Shown here piece by piece: positions 10,100 to 18,569 of a DNA stretch of 27,439 bases. A program made the position numbers and the translations under genes. Below the pieces are notes generated by a model. It was given only the letters and a program-made list of their open reading frames with translations. It did no database searches and was not told the DNA's origin. The number at the start of each line of letters is the position of its first letter. Position 1 is the stretch's first letter. The DNA comes from Vulcanimicrobiota bacterium (GTDB lineage: Bacteria; Vulcanimicrobiota; Vulcanimicrobiia; Vulcanimicrobiales; Vulcanimicrobiaceae): contig PLCF01000049.1 in the NCBI GenBank assembly GCA_003135555.1, positions 448 through 27,886 of the forward strand, given 5' to 3'.

Positions 10100-11487
10100 C
10101 GCTCGACACGCTCGAGGCGATCGACGCGATGCGCGCTCGGGTGGTCGGCGCGGAAGCGCTGCCCGCGGCGCTGCTCGTGCAGACCGACACGCGCTCGCTC
10201 GAACGCGGGGCGACGTTTCTCGCCTTGCGCGGCGAGAACTTCGACGGCCACGCCTACGTCGACGAAGCGTTCGCGCGCGGCGCCGCCTGCGCGATCGTCG
10301 ACGCGCGCGACGAAGTGTCGATCGCCGCGGCCAAAGGCCGTGCGCTGCTGGTCGTCCCCGACACCTTGCGCGCGTACCTCGAACTCGGAGCGCTGGCGCG
10401 TACGCGCGTCCGCGGCACGGTCGTCGCGGTCACCGGCAGCACCGGCAAGACCACGACCAAGCAGTTCCTCTTGGGTCTGTTGCGCGGCGTCGGCGTCCCC
10501 GCCGCCGCGACGCCCGAGAACGAGAACAACGAGGTCGGCGTCGCCAAGTTCCTCTGCGGGCTCGACGACGGTGACGAACGGATCGCGATCGTCGAGATGG
10601 GCGCGCGCAAGTACCGCGACCTCGACGTGCTCGTCGCGGCGGCGCGCCCCGACATCGGCGTGCTCACCAACGCCGGCGAAGCGCACCTCGAGATCATGGG
10701 CTCACGCGGGCGCATCGCCGAGACGAAGTGGGCGGTCCCGGCGGGCTCGCGTCAGGCGGTGCTCAACCTCGACGACGCCGCGTCGCGCGAGCGCGCCGCA
10801 ACGCTGGCGCTGGCGCCGCTGTGGTACGGCATCGACGACGAGCGCCCGCCGCAAGGCGCGCGCGCCGTCGTCATCGAGTCCGACGCGGTCCGCACGATCG
10901 CCGCGGACGGCGCCGTCGAGCGGTCGCGAATCGAGATCGGTTTCCCGGGCGACCACAACCGCCGCAACCTGGCCGCCGCGTTCGCCGCGGCGCTGCTGTG
11001 CAGCACCGGGCGCGCGAGCCTCGCCGACCTCGCCGAGGCGGTGCGCGGCGTGGCGCTGCCGCACGGCCGCTACGAGATCGTCGACCTGCCCAACGACGTG
11101 CGCCTGGTGTTCGACGCCTACAACGCGTCGCTCTCGGGGACGCTCGCCACGTTGGCGACGTTCGGGCGCGAAGAGGCGGAGCGCCGCATCGCGGTGCTGG
11201 GCAGCATGGCGGAGTTGGGCGACGACGCGCCCGCGATGCACGAGAAGATCGGCGAGATCGCCGCGACCCGCGCCGACGTCGTGCTCGCCGGCGGCGAGTT
11301 CGCGCCCGACACCGCGCGCGGCGTCGAGGCCAAGGGCGGTACGGTGGTGCGCTACGCCGCCAACGACGACGCGATCGCCTGGCTGCGCGCGAACGTCCGT
11401 CGCGGCGACACGATCCTGCTCAAAGGTTCGCGCCGCTACAAGATGGAGCAGATCGCCGAAGCGCTCGGCGCGGCGGTGTTCGCATGA
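10096..11487 (+). CDS. murF: UDP-MurNAc-pentapeptide synthetase MurF
   Basis: DTRS, GENFDGH, TGSTGKTTTK, NNEVG, EMGA, DAYNAS, GSMAELG, LLKGSR. Confidence 0.96.
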
Positions 11488-12179
11488 TCCCGGTCGCGAT
11501 TCGCGAGAGCGGGCTCCCCGAAGGCCTCGTCGCGATCCCGGTGCGCACGCGGCTCATCGCCCCCGGCGACGACCTCGCCGCGCTCGTCGGCGCCGCGATC
11601 CGCGGGATCGCGCGCCCCGGCGACGTGGTGGTCATCGCCGAGACCGGCGTCGCCATCGCACAGTCGCGTTTCATCGCGGCCGAGTCGATCCGCCCGTCGC
11701 GCTTGGCGCTGGTGCTGTCGCGTCACGCCGGTGCGCTCGCGACGGTGAGCCAGCCCGAATCGCTGCAGCTGGTGATCGATCAGGTCGGCGCGCGCAAGGT
11801 CGTGTGGGCCGTGATCGCCCACGTGTTCGGTCGCCTGCGCGGGCGGCGCGGCGTGTTCTACGAGATCCTAGGCGAAGCGATCGCCGCGATCGACGGCTAC
11901 ACCGGGACGCTGCCGCCCTACGAGCGCGCGATCGTGCTCGGACCGGCCGATCCGGATCCCGTCGCGACCGTCCTGGCGTTGGCGCTGGGCGTGCATGTCG
12001 CGATCGTCGACGCCAACGACCTGCGCCGCGCTAAGACGCTGGGCGCCTCGCCGCACGTCGATCGCGACGCCGTCGAGCGCGCGCTCGTCGGCAACCCGCA
12101 CGGCAACGGCGACGAGCAGACGCCGATCGTCGTCCTCGCCTGGCGCGGCACCGGCCCGAACCCGCTGGTGACGCCGTGA
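11484..12179 (+). CDS. CofE-like (F420-0:gamma-glutamyl ligase family) protein
   Basis: ATG 11484 overlaps the murF stop. IPVRTRLIAPGDDL, GDVVVIAE..VAIAQ, IDG..GTLPPY, LGP.DPD, AIVDAND, GNPHGNGDEQTPIVV resemble CofE-family motifs (recognised by eye). Confidence 0.75.
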   Translation: MIPVAIRESGLPEGLVAIPVRTRLIAPGDDLAALVGAAIRGIARPGDVVVIAETGVAIAQSRFIAAESIRPSRLALVLSRHAGALATVSQPESLQLVIDQVGARKVVWAVIAHVFGRLRGRRGVFYEILGEAIAAIDGYTGTLPPYERAIVLGPADPDPVATVLALALGVHVAIVDANDLRRAKTLGASPHVDRDAVERALVGNPHGNGDEQTPIVVLAWRGTGPNPLVTP

Positions 12180-13204
12180 GCGACATCGGTATCCACCTCC
12201 CCTGGTGGGCTCCGCTGCTGTCGTTCTTCCCCGGCAACATCGGCAGGTTCGTCGTCCCGCTGCTGCTCTGCACCGTTGCGGCCTTCGCGCTGAGCGCGAT
12301 CCTCGGGCGTCCGCTGATTACCGCGTTGCGCCGGGCGTCGGCACGGCAGATCGCTTACGAAGACGCGCCCCAAACGCATCAAAGCAAGACCGGCACGCCG
12401 ACCATGGGCGGTCTGCTGTTCGGGCTCGCGCCGCTCGTCGCGCTCGTCGTCGCCCCCTTCCGCGAAACCGCGGCCCTGGCGGTGTTGATCTACGGCTGCA
12501 TGGCGATCGGAGCGATCGACGACGTCGCCAAGATTCGCGGACAGCAGAACCGCGGACTGCGCGCGCGGACGAAGTTCGCGCTCACGGCGATCGTCGCCGT
12601 CGTCTTTCTGCTCGTCGCCGGACCGCAATACACGTCGTTCGTCGGCATCGGCGCGGTACCGCCCTGGCTCTGGTACGGGCTCTCGATCGTCGTCGTCGTC
12701 TCGACGACGCACGCGGCGAACCTGACCGACGGTCTCGATGGCCTCCTGTCGGGTGTCGCGATCCCGCCGTTGCTCGTGCTCGTCATCGCCGGGTATCTTG
12801 CCGAAGTGCGCGTGGGGGACGACGGAATGGCCGCTCAGGCCGTGGCGGCGGCGATGCTCGGCGCGGTGCTCGGTTTCTTGCTCTACAACCGCCATCCGGC
12901 GCGGTTGTTCATGGGCGACACCGGCTCGCTCGCCGTGGGGGGCGCGCTGGCCGGCGGCGCGATCCTCACGCACACGCAGCTGTTCCTTCCAATCATTGGC
13001 GGCGTGTTGGCGGCAGAAACCCTCAGCGTCATCATCCAGGTCGTGTCGTACAAGTCGACGGGCCGCCGCGTCTTTCGGATGAGCCCGCTCCACCACCACT
13101 TCGAGCTCGCCGGGTGGCCGGAGACGAAGGTGACCTCCGGATTTTGGCTCGCCTCGCTCGTCCTCTCCGTGTTGGGCCTCGCCCTGATCTCGCTAACTGC
13201 ATGA
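12176..13204 (+). CDS. mraY: Phospho-MurNAc-pentapeptide transferase MraY
   Basis: KTGTPTMGG, IDD, NLTDGLDGL, FMGDTGSL, RMSPLHHHFE; multiple TM helices. Confidence 0.97.
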   Translation: MSDIGIHLPWWAPLLSFFPGNIGRFVVPLLLCTVAAFALSAILGRPLITALRRASARQIAYEDAPQTHQSKTGTPTMGGLLFGLAPLVALVVAPFRETAALAVLIYGCMAIGAIDDVAKIRGQQNRGLRARTKFALTAIVAVVFLLVAGPQYTSFVGIGAVPPWLWYGLSIVVVVSTTHAANLTDGLDGLLSGVAIPPLLVLVIAGYLAEVRVGDDGMAAQAVAAAMLGAVLGFLLYNRHPARLFMGDTGSLAVGGALAGGAILTHTQLFLPIIGGVLAAETLSVIIQVVSYKSTGRRVFRMSPLHHHFELAGWPETKVTSGFWLASLVLSVLGLALISLTA

Positions 13205-14616
13205 ATCCCCAACCGAGCGGCGAGCTGGGCCGCGACGAAAACGTTCTGATCATCGGCCTGGGGCGCAGCGGACGCGCCAGCGTCGAGGTGCTGCGCACGC
13301 GCGTCGCGCGCGTGTACGCGACCGACGAAGCGTCGCCCGACGAGCTCGCCGACGCGTTCGCCGACCTCGCGGCCGCCGGCGTCGAGTACGTTGAGCCCGC
13401 GCGCCTGGGCGACTACCTCGAGCGCATCACCGTCGCCGTGCTCTCGCCGGGGATCCCGCTCACCTCGCCGCTGGTGCGGCGCGTGCAGGCGGCGCGCATC
13501 CCGGTGTTCAGCGAGGTCGAGGTCGCCTACCGGTTGTGCCGCGCCCCGATCGTCGCGGTCACCGGTACCAAAGGCAAGTCGACGACGACCGCGTTGCTCG
13601 GCGCGCTGTTCGAAGCCGCCGGCAAGACGGTGCGCGTCGGCGGCAACATCGGCAACGCGCTAATCCGCGAGACCGCCGCCGCGTCGCCCGACGACTGGGT
13701 GATCGCCGAAGTCTCGTCGTTCCAGCTCGAGTCGATCCGCTCGTTCAAGCCGCGCATCAGCCTGATCCTCAACATCACACCCGACCATCTCGACCGCTAT
13801 CCGTCGATGGAAGAGTACGCCGAAGCGAAGTTCCGCATCTTCGCCAACCAGGGCGCGGGCGACACGTTTATCGGCAACCTCGACGACCCGATCGTCGCCT
13901 CGGCGAATCAAGGCCAGGACGACGGCAGCCGCATCAAGGCGCGCGAGCTGTGGTTCGCGTCGGAGCCGCACCGCAACACGACGCTCTACCTGCGCAACGG
14001 CCGGCAGATCGTCTACGCGCCGCCAACGGGCGATCCGCGTCCGGTCGACATCCTGCGCACCAGCGAGATCGCGCTGCTCGGCGCGCACAACATCGAGAAC
14101 GTGATGGGCGCCATCCTGGTCGCGCTGGCCGCCGAGTTGCCGCTCGACGCGATCCGCGCAGGCGTGCGCAACTTTCGCGCGCTGGGGCATCGGCTCGAGC
14201 CGGTCGCCGAGATCGACGGCGTGCAGTACGTCGACGACTCCAAGGCCACCAACCCCGGCGCGGTGATCGCCGCGATGCGCTCGTTCGACCGCCCGATCGT
14301 GCTCATCGCCGGCGGCAAAGCCAAGGGCACCGATTTCGCCGCGATGGGCAAGGTCGTTTCGTCGCGCGCCAAGGCCGTGGTGCTCATCGGCGAAGCCGCC
14401 GACGACATCGCCGCGGTCGTGCGGCGGGCGAAAGTCGAGCACGCGACGTCGATGGACGACGCGGTCCTGCGCGCGAGCAATCTCGCCGAGCCCGGCGACA
14501 TCGTGCTGCTCTCGCCCGGCTGCGCGTCGTTCGACATGTTCCGCTCGGCCGAACATCGCGGCGAGCTCTTCGCCGGCGCCGTGCGCGGGCTCGGGGCGGT
14601 CGCCGGTGCACGCTAG
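13201..14616 (+). CDS. murD: UDP-MurNAc-L-Ala:D-Glu ligase MurD
   Basis: ATG 13201; GLGRSG, SPGIP, TGTKGKSTTT, GGNIG, EVSSFQL, HRLE, DDSKATN, LLSPGCASFDMF. Confidence 0.97.
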   Translation: MNPQPSGELGRDENVLIIGLGRSGRASVEVLRTRVARVYATDEASPDELADAFADLAAAGVEYVEPARLGDYLERITVAVLSPGIPLTSPLVRRVQAARIPVFSEVEVAYRLCRAPIVAVTGTKGKSTTTALLGALFEAAGKTVRVGGNIGNALIRETAAASPDDWVIAEVSSFQLESIRSFKPRISLILNITPDHLDRYPSMEEYAEAKFRIFANQGAGDTFIGNLDDPIVASANQGQDDGSRIKARELWFASEPHRNTTLYLRNGRQIVYAPPTGDPRPVDILRTSEIALLGAHNIENVMGAILVALAAELPLDAIRAGVRNFRALGHRLEPVAEIDGVQYVDDSKATNPGAVIAAMRSFDRPIVLIAGGKAKGTDFAAMGKVVSSRAKAVVLIGEAADDIAAVVRRAKVEHATSMDDAVLRASNLAEPGDIVLLSPGCASFDMFRSAEHRGELFAGAVRGLGAVAGAR

Positions 14617-15766
14617 AGGCGTCCGCCCCACGCAGCCCGGCGCGAGCTACGCGCGCACCGCGCGGCCCAAGCCCGTCCTCAAGCCGCCCGACGCGCTGCT
14701 GCTCGGTGCGGTCGCGTTTCTGGTCGGGCTCGGCTTGGTGATGGTCTACAGCGCGTCGAGCGCGACCGCGTACGCGGCCTACCACGACACCGCGCACTAC
14801 CTCAAGCGCCAACTCGTCTATCTCGTGCTCGGACTGTTCCTCGCCTACGTGGCGTATCGCGTCGACTACGGCAAGCTGCGCGGGCTCGCGCCGGGCTTGG
14901 TCTTGTTCACGCTGCTGCTGCTGGGGCTCACGTTGATCCCGCACGTCGGCTTCTTGAGCGGCGGCGCGCGCCGCTGGCTGGGCTTCGGCGCTTTCTCGTT
15001 CCAGCCGTCGGAGTTGGGCAAGCTCGCGCTGGTGATCTTCTTGGCGGCGAAGTTGTCGCAGCTCAACGACCGCGTGCAATCGCTCTCCAAAGGCGTCGTG
15101 CCGGTGCTGCTGATCACGCTGCTGCTGGCCGGACCCGTGCTGGTCGAGCCCGACATGGGAACTGCCTCGATCTACATCTTCACCGCGCTAGCCGTGCTGT
15201 TCACCGCCGGCGCGCGCATCGAGCACCTCATCATGTGTACGCTGGCGATGCTGCCGGCCGTGGTGATCGCCGTCGGCTCGTCGCCGTACAAGCTCAAGCG
15301 CGTCCTCGCCTTCATCGACCCCTGGAAGGACGCGCAAAACACCGGCTTCCACATCGTGCAGTCGTTGCTCGCGCTGGGAAGCGGTGGGATCTTCGGCCTG
15401 GGCCTGGGCGCGTCGCGGCAGAAATACTTCTATCTGCCGATGCCGCACACCGACTTCATCTTCGCGGTGATCGGCGAAGAGTTGGGGATGCTGGGCTGCC
15501 TGGTCGTCATCGCGCTGTTCTTGCTGTTCGCGATCCGCGCCGCGAGCCTCGCGCTGCGCGCGCCCGACCGCTTCGGCATGCTGCTCGCGCTCGGCTGCAC
15601 GTACCTCATCGTGATCCAAGCCTTCGTCAACATCGGCGTAGTAACGTCGTCCTGGCCCGTAACCGGCGTCCCCCTCCCGTTCATCTCCTTCGGCGGCACG
15701 TCGTTAGTCGTCTCCCTCATCGCCGTAGGCCTAATCGTCAACATCGGCCGCTACCGCACGTCATGA
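14606..15766 (+). CDS. ftsW: SEDS peptidoglycan polymerase FtsW
   Basis: MVYSAS, GARRWL, FQPSELGK, EPDMG, HTDFIFAVIGEELG, TGVPLPFISFGG. Confidence 0.95.
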   Translation: MHARGVRPTQPGASYARTARPKPVLKPPDALLLGAVAFLVGLGLVMVYSASSATAYAAYHDTAHYLKRQLVYLVLGLFLAYVAYRVDYGKLRGLAPGLVLFTLLLLGLTLIPHVGFLSGGARRWLGFGAFSFQPSELGKLALVIFLAAKLSQLNDRVQSLSKGVVPVLLITLLLAGPVLVEPDMGTASIYIFTALAVLFTAGARIEHLIMCTLAMLPAVVIAVGSSPYKLKRVLAFIDPWKDAQNTGFHIVQSLLALGSGGIFGLGLGASRQKYFYLPMPHTDFIFAVIGEELGMLGCLVVIALFLLFAIRAASLALRAPDRFGMLLALGCTYLIVIQAFVNIGVVTSSWPVTGVPLPFISFGGTSLVVSLIAVGLIVNIGRYRTS

Positions 15767-15770
15767 CTTA

Positions 15771-15852
15771 TGTCACCCCGTGCCCCAAAGGATTCATTGT
15801 CACCCTGACGGAGTCACGTGCGCGTGAGCCCCGTCGAAGGGTGAGCCACCAT
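15771..15852 (+). repeat. REP-like repeat copy 3 (long variant with nested hairpin)
   Basis: TGTCACCCTGA-CGGAGTCACGTGCGCGTGA-GCCCCGTCGAAGGGTGAGCCACCAT at 15798-15852; partial TGTCACCCC at 15771. Confidence 0.9.
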
Positions 15853-16788
15853 CCCTGTCGCACGGCGCTCGCGGCCGCGCTGCTGCTCGCAACACTCGGC
15901 GCAACATCGCCGCCGCCGCCGTCGCTGCTGATCGCAACGCCGACGTTCCTGATGTACGCCGAAGGCGACCACCGCCAACCCGCCGTCGCCGGCGGGCGGG
16001 CGGCGGGCTACCACGTGCTGAGCACCCTCGCCGACGGTAGCGCACTCGTCGGTTACGACGACGATCTGTTCACCGCCGTCGAGTCGGTGACGCCGGCGCT
16101 CGAGGCGCGCCGGGTCAAGACGTTCCCGCGCGGCACCACGTTCTTCCCCGGTAACGACGGCTTCTTGGCCTACGACGGCGCGTCCCAGCTGCTGCGCCGC
16201 TACGACGCGCGCGGCACGCTCATCGGCTCGCCCGTGCTACCGTCGGGGATCACCTCGGCGCTCGGCGTCGGCGACTCCATCGTCGTACTGGGAGCTGGAC
16301 GCTTGCAAGTCTACGACCGCGGCGGCCGAATGCGCCGCGTCGCCGCGATAGAAGGCAACGCGCTCGCCGCCCTGCCGGACTCCCGCTTCGCCGTCAACGA
16401 CGTGCGCGACGGCGAAGTCCGCGCCTACACTACCGAGCTCGAACAGACCGCAACGCTACGCTACGTCGGCCTCCCCGCGCGCACGATCGCATCAGCGCCC
16501 GACGGCGCGCTAGCCGTGCTCGCCGGAACACCCTCCTGCGTCACGTCCGACGCCGAAGTCGACGTCTTCACCGACCTCCACGCGCAGCCCGTCGCGCGTA
16601 TCCACACCGGCATCACCGCCCCGCTCGCGCTCGCCGTCGGCCCCGGCTACGTCTACATCGCCAACGGATCGTGCCAGCGCGATCAGGACGGCTCGATCTC
16701 GATCTTCACCCGCGAAGGCACCTCCGCCGGCACCATGCAAAACATCGGCACCCCCACCAGCATTCTCCCGTTTCGTTTGTCACCCTGA
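15841..16788 (+). CDS. Secreted hypothetical protein, probable beta-propeller
   Basis: Signal-like RTALAAALLLATLGA, beta-rich repeats (ASAPDGALAV, LAVGPGYVYIAN). Start is either GTG 15841 (inside repeat 3) or ATG 15763 (overlapping the ftsW stop). The stop lies inside repeat 4. Confidence 0.65.
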   Translation: MSHHPCRTALAAALLLATLGATSPPPPSLLIATPTFLMYAEGDHRQPAVAGGRAAGYHVLSTLADGSALVGYDDDLFTAVESVTPALEARRVKTFPRGTTFFPGNDGFLAYDGASQLLRRYDARGTLIGSPVLPSGITSALGVGDSIVVLGAGRLQVYDRGGRMRRVAAIEGNALAALPDSRFAVNDVRDGEVRAYTTELEQTATLRYVGLPARTIASAPDGALAVLAGTPSCVTSDAEVDVFTDLHAQPVARIHTGITAPLALAVGPGYVYIANGSCQRDQDGSISIFTREGTSAGTMQNIGTPTSILPFRLSP

Positions 16789-16824
16789 CGGAGTCGCGTG
16801 CGCGTGAGCCCCGTCGAAGGGTGA
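16778..16824 (+). repeat. REP-like repeat copy 4 (long variant)
   Basis: TGTCACCCTGACGGAGTCGCGTGCGCGTGAGCCCCGTCGAAGGGTGA. Confidence 0.9.
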
Positions 16825-16827
16825 AAG

Positions 16828-16865
16828 GAGAAGGCCCGCTCTTCCAAGCGGTCCTTTTCGTTTTG
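16828..16865 (+). terminator. Candidate intrinsic terminator
   Basis: GAGAAGGCCCGCT-cttcca-AGCGGTCCTTTTC hairpin (one mismatch, one G-U pair) with T-rich 3' side, after the last co-directional gene of the first dcw block. Confidence 0.45.
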
Positions 16866-16876
16866 ACCGTCCTCAT

Positions 16877-16931
16877 TGTCACCCTGACGGAGTCACGTGC
16901 GCGTGAGCCCCGTCGAAGGGTGAGCCACGAT
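16877..16931 (+). repeat. REP-like repeat copy 5 (long variant)
   Basis: TGTCACCCTGACGGAGTCACGTGCGCGTGAGCCCCGTCGAAGGGTGAGCCACGAT. Confidence 0.9.
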
Positions 16932-17118
16932 CATCCCGTCACCGCCGCGGACCTGCGGGCGTGCTTTCGCGGCGACGTCTACGGTGAGGCAGAGACGATG
17001 ACGGACGCGTGGTTCGCCGACCACGTAGCGCGCAACGACATCGCTCGAACGGTCTACTGAGCGAACTCTGCTGGGACCAGATCGCACGCCAACAACGAAT
17101 GCGCATCGCGCTACTCTC

Positions 17119-17215
17119 TTAGAGCAGCTGGCGCAACTCGTCGGAACTCATACCGATGTCGTCAAGGATTTGGGCAAGCATTCGGGGTCGACGGCTGCCC
17201 GAGGGAGACGCCGCG
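17119..17215 (-). pseudogene. HicA toxin remnant (internal deletion)
   Basis: Directly after hicB: RRLPR (HicA-like N-terminus), then out of frame PRMLAQILDDIGMSSDELRQLL* (HicA-like C-terminal helices). The catalytic GSH core is absent. Confidence 0.55.
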
Positions 17216-17217
17216 CG

Positions 17218-17469
17218 TTAGGCTGCAGGCGGATTGACGATGACGCGCTCCACACGTACCGGAACGTCCGCGTCCGGTGCGGGGAGTTCTTCACCATGTT
17301 CGATCGCGACCTCGATCTCGAGCTCGATGACTTCGCGCGCATTCGCGAGCGCATCATCGACCGTCTCACCCTGGGTGTGCGCGTGCGGAAATGCAGGAAT
17401 CCGTACGACAAATCCGCCGTCGTCCGGATCGGCTTCGAGAATGACGCGATAAGCGCGCGGATCGGCCAC
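17218..17469 (-). CDS. hicB: HicB-family antitoxin
   Basis: YRVILEADPDDGGFVVRIPAFPHAHTQGETVDDALANAREVIEL...GEELP; GTG start at 17469 is inferred. Confidence 0.88.
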   Translation of the reverse strand: MADPRAYRVILEADPDDGGFVVRIPAFPHAHTQGETVDDALANAREVIELEIEVAIEHGEELPAPDADVPVRVERVIVNPPAA

Positions 17470-17524
17470 GAGGATAATTTCGCGCCGAGGAAAGTCGATC
17501 CCCTCGACTTTCGGCGCTCCCACG

Positions 17525-17575
17525 GTCACCCTGACGTGATTGTCACCCTGAGCCCGTCGAAGGGTGAGCCACGAT
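17525..17575 (+). repeat. REP-like repeat copy 6 (half plus full)
   Basis: GTCACCCTGA-cgtgat-TGTCACCCTGAGCCCGTCGAAGGGTGAGCCACGAT between hicB and fabZ. Confidence 0.9.
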
Positions 17576-17577
17576 CG

Positions 17578-18051
17578 CTACAGCGAGAGAATCGACGTCT
17601 CGTAACCCGACAGCGACGGATCGCTAACGATCGACAACCGCAACTCGCCGCTGACGACGAGCTTGCCGTCGACCTTCCCTTCGACCGCCATCAAGGCGAC
17701 GTTCATCTTGATCTTGTCGACGCGCGCCTCCATGTCGAACCGATCCCCCGGAACCACCGGCCGCCGGAAGCGGATCTTGTCCATCCCGGTGAGGTACGAC
17801 ACCTTGCGCGCCATCTCGCCCGGTTCGACGATCACCGCGCCGGCGAGCTGCGCCAACGCCTCGACCATGAGCACGCCCGGCAGCAGCGGATTGCCTGGAA
17901 AGTGACCCGTGAACATCGGCTCGTTTGCGGTGACGTTCTTGTAGCCGCGCGCGAACACCATCAACTCGCGTTCGGTGATCCGGTCGATCAGCAGCATCGG
18001 GTAGCGGTGCGGCAAGATCTGCATGATCTCGCGCACGTCCATCTCGGCCAC
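17578..18051 (-). CDS. fabZ: 3-hydroxyacyl-ACP dehydratase FabZ
   Basis: LPHRYPMLLIDR, KNVTANEPMFTGHFP, PGVLMVEALAQ, FRRPVVPGD; GTG 18051 overlaps the upstream TAG (alternative ATG 18042). Confidence 0.93.
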   Translation of the reverse strand: MAEMDVREIMQILPHRYPMLLIDRITERELMVFARGYKNVTANEPMFTGHFPGNPLLPGVLMVEALAQLAGAVIVEPGEMARKVSYLTGMDKIRFRRPVVPGDRFDMEARVDKIKMNVALMAVEGKVDGKLVVSGELRLSIVSDPSLSGYETSILSL

Positions 18052-18302
18052 TACGCGCCACCCGCATAGTCTTGGATCGGCGTAACCCGCCCGCCGAAAA
18101 TCTCGCTCAGGTCGACACCGTATGCCGCGCAAACGCTCGCGAGCTCGGTTTCGCTCAGCCCAACCGTTCCCGCCTCGGCCTCGGCAAGCCGTTCCGCATC
18201 GATCCCGGTAGCCTCGGCCGCGCCCTCGACGGTCAGCCCGCGCCGCGTGCGAAAGCGCACGAGCCGCTCGGCAACCTCCGCGAGCAGATTCTCATCGGGC
18301 AC
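18051..18302 (-). CDS. XRE-family HTH protein
   Basis: RLVRFRTRRGLTVEGAAEATGI...AEAG...AYGVDLSEIF matches the HTH_XRE pattern; start uncertain. Confidence 0.75.
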   Translation of the reverse strand: MPDENLLAEVAERLVRFRTRRGLTVEGAAEATGIDAERLAEAEAGTVGLSETELASVCAAYGVDLSEIFGGRVTPIQDYAGGA

Positions 18303-18399
18303 CCCCAGAGGTTGAACGCCCAGCCGTCGTCCTCCCGGCGCGAGTCGAACCGCATCCAAGGAAGCGATCGCGCATCACAATCAAAAGCGCCATCCCCAT

Positions 18400-18435
18400 T
18401 GTCACCCTGAGCCCCGTCGAAGGGTGAGCCACGAT
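18400..18435 (+). repeat. REP-like repeat copy 7
   Basis: TGTCACCCTGAGCCCCGTCGAAGGGTGAGCCACGAT. Confidence 0.9.
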
Positions 18436-18569
18436 CCCGGTCGGCCGGTCGGACGGCGCCCTGTAAAGACCTGGTCGGGTTGTAGGGCATAGCACATAGG
18501 GGCTAGAACGGGCTGCCAGCCGTCGAGGAACTGGGCGTGGGCGCGGGTGTCGGCGGCACGGAGGTAAGG

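Noticed and set aside
16920..17060. 46-aa ORF starting at the GTG of repeat copy 5
   Set aside because: No recognisable motif. It may be a gene fragment but cannot be supported.
15771..18435. Clustered repeats as a CRISPR array or integron attC array
   Set aside because: Spacing is irregular (tens of nt to kb), no cas or integrase gene is present, there are no GTTRRRY/RYYYAAC ends, and copies also occur inside core genes.
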